Shown in pieces: positions 45,064 to 54,141 of a DNA stretch of 64,000 nucleotides (within the stretch, counting starts at the first letter, position 1; every line of letters begins with the position of its first letter). Position numbers and translations under genes: made by a program. The stretch lies in NCBI GenBank assembly GCA_965204725.1, contig OZ242005.1, forward strand, positions 736,001-800,000, in the 5' to 3' direction. This DNA is from Candidatus Latescibacterota bacterium. GTDB lineage: Bacteria > Latescibacterota > UBA2968 > UBA8231. Under the pieces are notes generated by a model. It did not search any database. It was not told the origin of the DNA and saw nothing but the letters and a program-made list of their open reading frames with translations.

Positions 45064-45736
45064 CTGGGATCTCGTCCTGTCGGCGGCGTGCCGCCTCCAA
45101 CAGCTCCTGCCCGCAGCGGTGCTGGTAGGCGGGACCGCTGCGGCCCTCCATGCCGAGCACCGCCTTTCCCAAGACGCGGATCACGTGGTGCCCGACCTGC
45201 GCCGCCAGTTCGACGCGATCCTCGCCCAACTAGAATCAGCGGCTGGCTGGCGGACAGCGCGCGTGACGCGCCCGGTCCAAATCCTCGGCAGCCTCGACGG
45301 AATCGAGACCGGGATCCGTCAACTGATCCGCAGCGAGCCGTTGGAAACGACGACGATCCAACATCGGGACGCGACGTTGACCATTCCAACCTCGGCGGAA
45401 ATCCTCCGCATCAAAGGAGTGCTGATCCTCAAGCGCAATGCGACGCGCGACTATCTCGACTTCGCTGCGCTCGCTCACCGCATGGGCGACCAAGCCGCGG
45501 CCGAAGCCCTGCAACCTTTCGACCGATTGTACCACCAAGCCAATGGAGAGTCCGCGCTGCAACAATTACAGGTGCAACTTGCTAGTCCCTTGCCCTACGA
45601 CTTAGAAGACACCGAACTTTCCGAATACAAAAACCTCGCCGCACAATGGCACGACTGGAACGCGGTGACGGCCGTTTGCGCCCATGTAGCAGTCGTTGTC
45701 TTCGATTACGTCTGCACGCGCAGCGAATCGGGCTAG
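45035..45736 (+). CDS. AbiEii/AbiGii-like nucleotidyltransferase (type IV TA toxin-like)
   Basis: 'VLVGGTAAALH..HRLSQDADH', 'LRIKG..ILKRNATRDYLDF'. Confidence 0.75.
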   Translation: MSKNTAPLPDWDLVLSAACRLQQLLPAAVLVGGTAAALHAEHRLSQDADHVVPDLRRQFDAILAQLESAAGWRTARVTRPVQILGSLDGIETGIRQLIRSEPLETTTIQHRDATLTIPTSAEILRIKGVLILKRNATRDYLDFAALAHRMGDQAAAEALQPFDRLYHQANGESALQQLQVQLASPLPYDLEDTELSEYKNLAAQWHDWNAVTAVCAHVAVVVFDYVCTRSESG

Positions 45737-45894
45737 CGCGTCTCGTCATCCATCTGACCGCGTAGGTTAAGGCGATTTTAGACCGCAAGCAAGAAGGCGA
45801 CTTTGCATTGACGCTGCTCTATCTCGTCCTGTATGTTCATAAGTACACCCACCCCCATACCACCCCCAACCCCAACGAAAGGAGCGCACCGACT

Positions 45895-46146
45895 ATGGCT
45901 ACTGTACCCCCCACGATTGAAGAGCGTCTCGCCCGGCTCGAAGGCGTGTACGATCACCTCGCTTCCAAAGCCGATCTTGCTGAATTGAGGTCGATCTTAA
46001 AGGATGATATGGCGCGATTACAGGCCGAGATTGCGCGGTTACAGGCCGATATGGCCGAACTCAAGGGCAGCGTCAAAATTCTGGTTGTAGCGATGACTTC
46101 CGGCTTAGCCCTACTCAATATCGTCTTGCGGTTCTGGCCCTCGTAA
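45895..46146 (+). CDS. Small coiled-coil protein with C-terminal TM (DUF1640/CCDC90-like)
   Basis: AAGGAG RBS; 'LASKADLAEL', heptads 'MARLQAE IARLQAD MAELKGS', hydrophobic tail. Confidence 0.65.
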   Translation: MATVPPTIEERLARLEGVYDHLASKADLAELRSILKDDMARLQAEIARLQADMAELKGSVKILVVAMTSGLALLNIVLRFWPS

Positions 46147-46192
46147 GCCCGTGCTCTTACACTACTCTCCCAATAGAACTTCTGCATAATCC

Positions 46193-47104
46193 ATGCGTCT
46201 ATACCTCAAGCGGGCCTTGGTTGCCTTGCTGCTTCTAATGCCGGTGTTGTACGGGGCCTTCGCCCTGACCTCGCGCCCGGTGGCACCGCATCCCTACTTT
46301 GCATCAGGAGACGTTTTGGTCATTGCCCACCGAGGCGGCAAGGGGCTGGCCCCAGAAAACACCCTAGCGGCCTTTGCCCACTCAGCCGCGTTGGGAGTCG
46401 ATGTGCTGGAAATGGACTTGCGCCAAAGCAGCGACGGCGCGCTCATCGTCTTGCACGACCGCCGCGTCGACCGCACGACCAACGGCCAAGGCGCGGCCGA
46501 TAGCTCGCGCCTAGCCCAGTTGAAGCGGCTAGACGCCGGCTACCACTTCAGTCCCGACGGTCGAACCTTTCCCTATCGCGGCCAAGGGGTTGCCATCCCC
46601 ACCCTAGACGAGGTATTTACGGCCTTTCCCAACACGCGCTTTCTCATCGAAATCAAAGACGACTCGGCCGCGTTAGGGCGTGATTTCTGCCGCACGATCC
46701 AGCGCTTTGGGCTAAGCGAGCGCGTCATCGCCGCTTCGTTCCACCCCCGCCCCTTAGCCAGCTTGCGCCAAGCCTGCCCCCAAGTGGCGACTGCGGCTGC
46801 GTCATCCGCAGGACTGGCCTTTGTCTTGCTGCACTGGTTGCGGCTCGACGCGGCGTACCACCCCACCAGCCAAGCCTTTCAGTTCCCAACCCACGTAGGC
46901 GCGATCGACCTGATAGACCGGCGCTTTGTCGCCCGCGCCCACGCCCACAACGTCCAAGTCCACGTCTGGACCGTCAACGATCCCGACGCCATGCAGCACT
47001 ACCTAGCCCTAGGCGTCGATGGCCTAATCACCGACTATCCCGACCGCCTGCTACGCATCCTAAACCGCCAGCCCGCAGAGGAGGTTCCATGGGCGACTCA
47101 ATAG
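46193..47104 (+). CDS. Glycerophosphodiester phosphodiesterase (membrane-anchored)
   Basis: 'IAHRGG.GLAPENTLAAF', 'EMDL..SSDG..VLHD..VDRTT', 'VWTVND', 'GLITDYP'. Confidence 0.92.
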   Translation: MRLYLKRALVALLLLMPVLYGAFALTSRPVAPHPYFASGDVLVIAHRGGKGLAPENTLAAFAHSAALGVDVLEMDLRQSSDGALIVLHDRRVDRTTNGQGAADSSRLAQLKRLDAGYHFSPDGRTFPYRGQGVAIPTLDEVFTAFPNTRFLIEIKDDSAALGRDFCRTIQRFGLSERVIAASFHPRPLASLRQACPQVATAAASSAGLAFVLLHWLRLDAAYHPTSQAFQFPTHVGAIDLIDRRFVARAHAHNVQVHVWTVNDPDAMQHYLALGVDGLITDYPDRLLRILNRQPAEEVPWATQ

Positions 47105-47778
47105 CCCTAAACGTACAGCACCTGAGCAAAACCTACGGTCGCGGGGCCAACGCCCTGACGGTCCTCGACGATGTGAGCTTCGCCCTTGCGGCCGGAGCCA
47201 CCTGCGCGGTCGTCGGCCCTTCGGGCAGCGGCAAAACCACGCTGTTGGGCTTGTGCGCCGGGCTAGACCGCGCCAGTGCGGGCTCAGTCGCGCTCAATGG
47301 CGTGGATTTGGGCGGTCTCGACGAAGACCAGCGGGCGCACCTCCGCAGCGAAAAGGTCGGCTTCGTCTTCCAAAACTTCCAACTCATCCCCACCCTCAGC
47401 GCCCTCGAAAACGCCATGGTGCCGCTCGAATTGCGCCGCGAGCCAAACGCCCGCGAGCGCGCCGTTGACCTCCTCGACCGAGTCGGCTTAGGCGACCGCC
47501 TGCACCACTATCCGGCGCAGCTTTCAGGGGGCGAGCAACAGCGCGTGGCGCTCGCCCGGGCCTTTATCAACCGCCCCGCGCTGCTTTTTGCCGACGAGCC
47601 GACCGGCAACCTCGACGATGGCACCAGCGGCAAAGTGCGCGACCTGCTCTTCAGCCTCAACGAGGAGTCCGGCGCGACCCTAATTTTGGTCTCCCACGAT
47701 CTGGCACTGGCTCGCCTCACCGAGCGGATCATCCGCCTCCAAGGCGGCCGGGTAGCCGACGACCAGCGCGTCTTATGA
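47089..47778 (+). CDS. ABC transporter ATP-binding protein (YbbA-like)
   Basis: 'GPSGSGKTT', 'FVFQNFQL', 'LSGGEQQRVALARA', 'ADEPTGNLD'. Confidence 0.93.
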   Translation: MGDSIALNVQHLSKTYGRGANALTVLDDVSFALAAGATCAVVGPSGSGKTTLLGLCAGLDRASAGSVALNGVDLGGLDEDQRAHLRSEKVGFVFQNFQLIPTLSALENAMVPLELRREPNARERAVDLLDRVGLGDRLHHYPAQLSGGEQQRVALARAFINRPALLFADEPTGNLDDGTSGKVRDLLFSLNEESGATLILVSHDLALARLTERIIRLQGGRVADDQRVL

Positions 47779-50300
47779 TGGGCTGGCTCGGCAAAATGGC
47801 TTGGCGCGACAGCCACAGCCACCGCCGCAAACTGCTGCTTTTTACGGGTTCGATCGCCATCGGCATTGGGGCGTTTGTCGGCTTGAGCAGCCTCAGTTCT
47901 GCGCTGCAAGGAGCTATGGACGAACAAGCCGCCGCGCTCTTGGGAGCCGACATGGCGCTGGTCAGCCGCCAGCCCTTCACGCCAGCGGCCGAAGCCCTCA
48001 TCGATTCGCTCGGCGGCGTTCAGGCGCGCCAAGTTGCCTTCAATTCCATGATTTACCTGCCTAAGAGCGAGGGGACCCGCCTCGCGCAGATCCGCGCACT
48101 GACAGGCCCTTTTCCCTTTTACGGCGAGCTAAAAGCGGCCCCGGCCGAGGCCGCGCACCGCTTCCGCACCCAGCCCCAAGCCCTCGTTGACGAGGCGCTC
48201 ATGTTGCAGTTTGGGGCGGCGGTCGGCGACACGATCAAAATCGGCGACACGGTCTTTCGCATCGGGGGGCGGCTGCTGCGCATTCCCGGGGAGAACGCCC
48301 TCTTCAGCGACATCCAGCCGCGCGTCTATATCTCAATGTCTTACCTCGACCGCACGGGCCTGATCCAAAGAGGCAGCCGGGTCACCTACTCGGCCTTCTT
48401 TCGCTTTGCCGAGCGGGATGTCCAAGCACTCGCTAAGTCCATCCGTCCTCACGCACGCGCCAACCGCCTCCGGCTCGAAACCATTGCGGACCGCAAGGCC
48501 CGCCTCGGCCGCACCCTCAACAATCTCTACCGCTTCTTAAACCTCGGCAGCTTTATCGCCCTCCTGCTCGGGGGCGTGGGCGTGGCCAGCACCATCCACA
48601 CCTATACAAAGCAGAAGCTGCCCACCGTCGCCGTGCTGCGCAGTCTCGGCGCGACAGCCCGGCAGACCGTCTTGATCTACCTACTCCAAGCCGGGGGCAT
48701 GGGCTTGGTCGGCGCACTCGCCGGTGCGCTGCTCGGCGTTGGAGTCCTCCACCTGCTCCCCAACGTCCTCGCCAATGTGTTGCCCCTAGAGGTGGAGCCG
48801 CGCTTTGATCCCCTCGCCGTCTTGGAGGGTCTCGGCCTCGGCGTCGGCCTTTCGCTGCTGTTTGCCGCTCGGCCGCTACTGGTCCTTGGCAAGACCTCGC
48901 CGCTTTTGACCCTGCGCGCCTCCTTTGAAGACACTCAACCGGCCGACAGCCGCCTGCTGCGCTGGGCTTTGTACTTGGGGATCGTCCTGACGACCGCGCT
49001 CTTTGCCTACCGACTCACCGGCCACTGGCCGCTGGCCTTGGGCTTTGTCGGCGGGGTTGGAGCCGCCTTCGCGCTCTTGGTCCTCACGGCCCGCGCAATC
49101 ATCTACGGCACTCGGCGGTTCTTGCCCGCCTCTTGGAGCTATATCTGGCGTCAGGGGCTGGCCAACCTCTATCGGCCCAACAATCAGACGGCGCTGCTGA
49201 TGTTGGGCTTGGGGCTGGGGACCTTCCTAATCAGCACCCTCTTCCTGACCCAAACCAGCCTGCTGTCCCACATCAAAAGCGTCGGCTCCGACCAAAACCC
49301 CAACGTCGTGCTCTTCGACATCCAAACCGACCAACGCCCAGCACTAAACGCCCTCGTCGCCGCGATGGACCTGCCGCTGTTGCAACAGATGCCCATCGTC
49401 ACCATGCACATCCACAGCGTCAAAGGCCAACCCGCCCGCGCCATGCGCCGCGATACCACCGCGAGCAACCGCCGCGGCAACTGGGCCTTGCGGCACGAGT
49501 ACCGCGCGACCTATCGCGATTTCCTTACCGAGACCGAGGAGATCGTCGCCGGCACTTGGCACCGGCAACCGGCCGGCGATACCCTCTACGTTTCCTTGGA
49601 AACGGGCGTGGCCGCCTCTTTGGGCGTGGGCGTGGGCGACTCGCTGACCTTTGACGTCCAAGGGGTCCCCATCGAAGTGGTCGTCGGCAGTCTGCGCCGC
49701 GTCAACTGGCAGCGGATCATGCCCAACTTTTTGGTGGTCTTCCCCCCCGGCATCCTCGAACCCGCGCCGCAATCCCACGTTCTCGTCACGCGCGCGGCCA
49801 CCACCGAGCAAATGGCCGCTTTGCAGCGAGCCACCGTGCGCCGGTTCCCCAATGTTTCGGTCATTGATCTCGGCATCATCCTCAGCACGGTCGATACCAT
49901 CCTCGACAAAGTTTCGTTGGTGGTCCGCTTTATGGCCTTCTTCAGCGTCTCGGTTGGCCTAATCGTGCTCGTCGGCGTAATCGCCAGCAGCCGCTACCAA
50001 CGCCTCGAGGAGAGCGTCTTGCTCAAGACCTTGGGGGCCAGTCGCCGCCAAGTGGTCGCGATCACGGCGCTCGAATATCTGTTTTTGGGGGCCTTTGCGG
50101 CCGCGGCCGGCGTGATTCTGTCGCTGGGGGGCGTCTGGGCCTTGAGCCGCTATCTCTTCGAGATCGGCTTCGCGCCCAACTACCTGCCCGTGCTCCTCGC
50201 CTTTGCCGCAGTCAGCCTGCTAACAGTCGCCGTCGGCATGATCTCCAGCCGCGGGGTCCACACCAGCCCACCGCTCGAAGTCCTGCGCTCGCTCGGTTAG
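47775..50300 (+). CDS. ABC transporter permease, FtsX-like (YbbP-like)
   Basis: 'LLGADM', two FtsX blocks ('AVLRSLGA', 'LLKTLGAS'), 'FDIQTDQ', 'SLRRVNW..PNF'. Confidence 0.9.
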   Translation: MMGWLGKMAWRDSHSHRRKLLLFTGSIAIGIGAFVGLSSLSSALQGAMDEQAAALLGADMALVSRQPFTPAAEALIDSLGGVQARQVAFNSMIYLPKSEGTRLAQIRALTGPFPFYGELKAAPAEAAHRFRTQPQALVDEALMLQFGAAVGDTIKIGDTVFRIGGRLLRIPGENALFSDIQPRVYISMSYLDRTGLIQRGSRVTYSAFFRFAERDVQALAKSIRPHARANRLRLETIADRKARLGRTLNNLYRFLNLGSFIALLLGGVGVASTIHTYTKQKLPTVAVLRSLGATARQTVLIYLLQAGGMGLVGALAGALLGVGVLHLLPNVLANVLPLEVEPRFDPLAVLEGLGLGVGLSLLFAARPLLVLGKTSPLLTLRASFEDTQPADSRLLRWALYLGIVLTTALFAYRLTGHWPLALGFVGGVGAAFALLVLTARAIIYGTRRFLPASWSYIWRQGLANLYRPNNQTALLMLGLGLGTFLISTLFLTQTSLLSHIKSVGSDQNPNVVLFDIQTDQRPALNALVAAMDLPLLQQMPIVTMHIHSVKGQPARAMRRDTTASNRRGNWALRHEYRATYRDFLTETEEIVAGTWHRQPAGDTLYVSLETGVAASLGVGVGDSLTFDVQGVPIEVVVGSLRRVNWQRIMPNFLVVFPPGILEPAPQSHVLVTRAATTEQMAALQRATVRRFPNVSVIDLGIILSTVDTILDKVSLVVRFMAFFSVSVGLIVLVGVIASSRYQRLEESVLLKTLGASRRQVVAITALEYLFLGAFAAAAGVILSLGGVWALSRYLFEIGFAPNYLPVLLAFAAVSLLTVAVGMISSRGVHTSPPLEVLRSLG

Positions 50301-50926
50301 CGGCGCAGCTTCTCCAGCACCGGACCCAGCGTAGCCCACACGGTCTCAGCTACGACTTGGTGGCCTGCGGCCGTGGGATGGTTGCCGTCGGGCAAGTTCA
50401 GCGCGGGTTGGTCGCCCACGCCTTCTAACAAGAAGGGGATCAAGGCCGCGTCGTTTTCTCGTGCCAACGCCGGGAAAATCGCGGCAAACGCCGCTGCGTA
50501 TTCTGCGCCAAAATTGGGCGGCATCTGCATCCCAGCGATGACCACGGCGACTGCGGGGTTTTTTGCTTTTACCCGCTCAACGATCGCTTGCAGGTTGGCG
50601 CGGGTGTCTTTGGGGTCCACGCCGCGCAGGCCGTCGTTGGCCCCCAATTCGAGGACGAAAACGTCGATAGAGCGGCGCAAGAGCCAGTCGATGCGGCGCA
50701 GCCCACCGGCTGAAGTCTCGCCGCCAAGCCCGGCATTGAAGACTTCAAAGTTCCAGCCGAGCGAATCGATCCGCGCCTGCACCAAAGCCGGGAAGGCCTG
50801 TTCGCGGTCGAGGCCGTAGCCAGCGGTCAAGCTATCGCCAAAAAAGAGAATGACCCGGCTGGAGTCCGCCTCCTCGGCCGCGACCCGGCCGACGAGCAAC
50901 GCTAGGGCCAATGCGATGTATTTCAC
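50297..50926 (-). CDS. GDSL arylesterase / acyl-CoA thioesterase I (TesA-like)
   Basis: 'FGDSLTAGYG', 'NAGLGGETS', 'LGANDGLRG', 'DGNHP'; signal peptide; usual neighbour of ybbAP. Confidence 0.9.
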   Translation of the reverse strand: MKYIALALALLVGRVAAEEADSSRVILFFGDSLTAGYGLDREQAFPALVQARIDSLGWNFEVFNAGLGGETSAGGLRRIDWLLRRSIDVFVLELGANDGLRGVDPKDTRANLQAIVERVKAKNPAVAVVIAGMQMPPNFGAEYAAAFAAIFPALARENDAALIPFLLEGVGDQPALNLPDGNHPTAAGHQVVAETVWATLGPVLEKLRR

Positions 50927-50940
50927 CGTTGCCTCCCTTG

Positions 50941-51007
50941 AAATATATGTCCGATAATAGAACAAAATAAGTATATATTTGACAAAATTTGTCCGATTTG
51001 GTACGTT
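50941..51007 (+). promoter_or_regulatory. Putative promoter/operator of the XRE-IrrE gene
   Basis: TTGACA (50979)-N17-TACGTT (51002); palindrome GACAAA-A-TTTGTC (50981-50993) overlaps -35; TGTCCGAT occurs twice. Confidence 0.55.
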
Positions 51008-51023
51008 TAATAAAAAGGCTATC

Positions 51024-52262
51024 ATGGATCCAATCAAGCTCGGAAGACGGCTACGAGCCGCGCGTGAAACGCGGGGGCTCAGCCAACAGGCAGCGGCAGA
51101 CGCCCTTGGCGTCCCGCGTACGGCGGCCACCCAAATCGAGTCAGGTAAGCGTTCCGTCTCCACGCTGGAACTGACGAAACTGGCCGAATGCTATCGGCAT
51201 CCTGTATCTCACTTCTTCAAAGAAGCCGTGGAAGACGAAAACGAGGATGTTCTCGTCGCCTTGCTCCGAACCGTCCCTAGCCTAGAGCAGGATTCGGAGG
51301 TTCGTGAACAGGTAGATCGTTGCGTCTCCCTGTGTCGCGAGGGGGTCGTGCTGGAGAAAATCCTAGGGCTAGGGCTACGGGCCGGGCCGCCAGTGTATAA
51401 CGTGCGGGTTCCTCGCACGGCCGGACAGGCCGTGACGCAAGCGGAACAACTCGCCGATGAGGAGCGGTCCCGCCTCAACATTGGCAATGCTCCTTTAGCC
51501 GACGTTGCGGAACTAATCGGTTCTCAGGGCATTTGGGCATCCGGCCTTGAATTGCCCGGGCACCTGTCCGGTTTGTTCCTGCGCCATCCTTCAATCGGCC
51601 TAGCTATTCTCGTCAACGCCTCGCATCCGCGTGGACGAAAGCGATTTTCCTATGCACACGAATATGCCCATGCGCTGTTCGACCGGGAACGGACCATTTC
51701 GATTTCTAGCACCGATAATTCGGCGGAGTTAGTGGAAAAGCGGGCGAACGCCTTTGCCGCGGCGTTTCTCATGCCGAGAAACGGGGTGTCTGAAGTATTG
51801 CGAACCTTGGACAAGGGGCTGCCTGCTCGCCATGAGCAAACGATTTTCGATGCCGCGAGCGGCGGACCTATTCAAGCGGAGTTTCGGCCACCCGCTAGTT
51901 CCCAGAGAATCACCTACAAGGACGTTGCGCTCGTGGCCCACCATTTCGGCGTGAGCTACCAAGCGGCTCTCTATCGCCTGAAGAGCCTCAAATACGTTTC
52001 GCAGTCGGCCTCCGTCGGTCTCCTAGACCAAGAACACTTCGGCATCCGATATCTGCATCTTCTCAACAAGCGCGACGAGCTAGAACAACCGGAGCAAAGG
52101 CCATACTGGGATCGTGAACTTCGCAGCGAAATCGCACACTTAGCTATTGAGGCCTATCGTCGCGAGGACATCTCCCGCGGGAGACTCCTCGAACTGAGCA
52201 AAACGCTCGGGATTGATGGTAAAACCCTTCTGATCCTTGCGGAAGCGGCGCACGAGGGCTGA
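51024..52262 (+). CDS. XRE HTH fused to ImmA/IrrE (M78) metallopeptidase
   Basis: 'LRAARETRGLSQQAAA...IESGKR'; 'RKRFSYAHEYAH'; 'EKRANAFAAAFLMP'. Confidence 0.9.
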   Translation: MDPIKLGRRLRAARETRGLSQQAAADALGVPRTAATQIESGKRSVSTLELTKLAECYRHPVSHFFKEAVEDENEDVLVALLRTVPSLEQDSEVREQVDRCVSLCREGVVLEKILGLGLRAGPPVYNVRVPRTAGQAVTQAEQLADEERSRLNIGNAPLADVAELIGSQGIWASGLELPGHLSGLFLRHPSIGLAILVNASHPRGRKRFSYAHEYAHALFDRERTISISSTDNSAELVEKRANAFAAAFLMPRNGVSEVLRTLDKGLPARHEQTIFDAASGGPIQAEFRPPASSQRITYKDVALVAHHFGVSYQAALYRLKSLKYVSQSASVGLLDQEHFGIRYLHLLNKRDELEQPEQRPYWDRELRSEIAHLAIEAYRREDISRGRLLELSKTLGIDGKTLLILAEAAHEG

Positions 52263-52271
52263 GCACGGACC

Positions 52272-52790
52272 ATGCCCCGCACGAGTTCGACCGTCATAGC
52301 GGTGGATACGTCTGTTCTCATCAACTTTCTCTGCGTCGATCGCATGGATCTGATTGCTCGCCACGGTCACCAGTTCGTCGTTACGGACCACGTGGCGGCT
52401 GAAGTCAAGGATTTCTATTCGGACGAGCAGACGCGCCTCAAAGCCGCGCTCCGGTCTGGTGATCTGAAACAAGTCAGCATTGCTGACCGACGCGAAGTCG
52501 CTCTGTTCGGCTCATTGGGCGAATCCAGACGCTTGGGGCCCGGCGAGTGTTCCGCGATCGCGTTGGCTGTATCCCGAGCATACATATTGGCTATCGATGA
52601 TCGACAAGCGACGAATCAAGCACGAGAGATCAGCCGCGATCTTTGTATTCTGACAACCCAAGATCTCATCGTTGCAATGATCCGTAAAAACCTATTGAGC
52701 GTCGCGGAAGCAGACGAACTCAAGGAGACGTGGGCGCAGCAGCACAGATTTCGGCTGCCAATCAAAAGTTTTTCCGATCTGATGTCCTGA
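52272..52790 (+). CDS. PIN-domain protein
   Basis: 'VDTSVLINF', 'V..E', 'LGPGECSAIALA', 'LAIDDRQA'. Confidence 0.82.
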   Translation: MPRTSSTVIAVDTSVLINFLCVDRMDLIARHGHQFVVTDHVAAEVKDFYSDEQTRLKAALRSGDLKQVSIADRREVALFGSLGESRRLGPGECSAIALAVSRAYILAIDDRQATNQAREISRDLCILTTQDLIVAMIRKNLLSVAEADELKETWAQQHRFRLPIKSFSDLMS

Positions 52791-53163
52791 TGGTCGGCTT
52801 CAATCTGCTCAACCAGACCGCCCGCGCAAGCCATCGCGCAAAACGTCGGCATCCAAATCATGTTCGCCGTTAGAAAGGCACTTAGCCACCCCGATAACCT
52901 GCGCCCATTCACCGACGCCCTCGTCGCAAAAGGGCAGCTCGATCCCGCCGACCTCGCCGCCTTTCCCGACTTCCTGTTGGCCGAGGCCCCGTCCCTGCCC
53001 GCCGCCGCCTACCGCTTTTGCCGCGACGAGCCGGGCGTCCACGTGGTCCTCTCCGGCACGGGCAACGCCGATCACCTCGCCGCCAACCTCGCGTCTTTCG
53101 CTCGTCCGCTGCTGACGCCAACCACGCACGACCGCCTCATCCACATCTTCCGCCGCGTCCTGA
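52790..53163 (+). pseudogene. C-terminal remnant of an aldo/keto reductase
   Basis: MVGFNLLNQTAR, then a frame break, then AIAQNVGIQIMFAVRKAL...AAAYRFCRDEPGVHVVLSGTGNADHLAANL; the N-terminal half is missing. Confidence 0.6.
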
Positions 53164-53181
53164 TCTGTACATCCTGTTCGT

Positions 53182-53277
53182 TCATCGGTACGCTCGTCCT
53201 CTCTGGTCAATCTTCGCCACCAGCAACACCTTTCGATCGTCGTTGAGCGAGTAGATCACGCGCCAATCGCCGATCTT
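53182..53277 (-). pseudogene. C-terminal remnant of a RelE/ParE toxin
   Basis: Minus strand reads KIGDWRVIYSLNDDRKVLLVAKIDQRGRAYR*, the classic RelE C-terminus; no in-frame start. Confidence 0.65.
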
Positions 53278-53316
53278 GTTTTCGTTCTTTTTTTTAGCGT
53301 CCTCATCGCTTCTCCT

Positions 53317-54126
53317 TCAATCCCAAGGCTCCACCCCCGCCAGCTTCCGCCCCAAGCTCGTCAACTCAGCCGTCTTCTCTTCGCGGTGCTCGCGTTCTTC
53401 GGCGTAGCGCCCCAGCCCGGACAGCCGCCGCCGCCAAAAGTCCGTGTGCAACCGCCGCGCCTGTTCGCCTTGGCCGGCTGGCTTCATGGTGATATACTGC
53501 GCCACGCGCGGCTCGTCGCCGCGATTGACGCTCGCCGTGTGCGGCAGGGCCGTGCGCCAGATGACCAAGTCGCCCGCTTCGGCCCCGATGCGCCGCGTTC
53601 CCAAGGCCAGCAGGTCTTGCTCGCGGGGGTTGACGCCCTCCGGCAGCTCGTCGAGCCACGCCTCTAAGCGCTGGTGGAACCTCGGTACGCAGACAAAGGC
53701 CCCCTGCTCGGCCGGCGTGTCGTTTAGGTAGAGCACTCCTTGGACGCCAAAAGGCAACGGACGCTTATCTAAGGCCGCATCCCAGTGCAGATTGTGCTCG
53801 GGCGCGTCTTTGGCTAAGGCCGGTGGATTGATGCTGGCTCGGTCGTGGCTGACCCACAGCTTTTCCGTGCCCCAAATCTGGCTAAAGGCCCGGTGGACCC
53901 GAGGAGCCGTGCGGTTGTCCCATAGGGTCTGGTGGTGGTAAATCTCGACCATGATGCCGCGCCGATCCTCTCCATACCAAGTCCCGGAATCGCCCGGGTC
54001 CATGCCCGTAAACGCCCACACCGCCCGCTTGGTGTGCTCGGCTTGGTCGCGGTCGATTACCCGACGCGCAATGACGTACCCCTGTTCGGCAAAGAAATCT
54101 AAGTCTTCCCGGCTCAAGACATCCAT
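53317..54126 (-). CDS. Phytanoyl-CoA dioxygenase family protein
   Basis: 'FFAEQGYV', 'LWVSHDR', 'LHWD', 'VQGVLYLNDT..QGAF.CVP', 'AGDLVIW..LPH..SVN'. Confidence 0.85.
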   Translation of the reverse strand: MDVLSREDLDFFAEQGYVIARRVIDRDQAEHTKRAVWAFTGMDPGDSGTWYGEDRRGIMVEIYHHQTLWDNRTAPRVHRAFSQIWGTEKLWVSHDRASINPPALAKDAPEHNLHWDAALDKRPLPFGVQGVLYLNDTPAEQGAFVCVPRFHQRLEAWLDELPEGVNPREQDLLALGTRRIGAEAGDLVIWRTALPHTASVNRGDEPRVAQYITMKPAGQGEQARRLHTDFWRRRLSGLGRYAEEREHREEKTAELTSLGRKLAGVEPWD

Positions 54127-54141
54127 GGCGTTTACTCCTTG

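Noticed and set aside
45745-45812. Possible decayed gene end (VIHLTA*VKAILDRKQEGDFAL)
   Set aside because: No recognisable family motif; insufficient evidence for a pseudogene call.
50927-51163. N-terminal extensions given by the ORF track for tesA (also sodN, rimM, rplS, hom, apgM-like, 44945 NTase)
   Set aside because: They overlap neighbouring genes or promoters; downstream starts match RBS positions and family N-termini.
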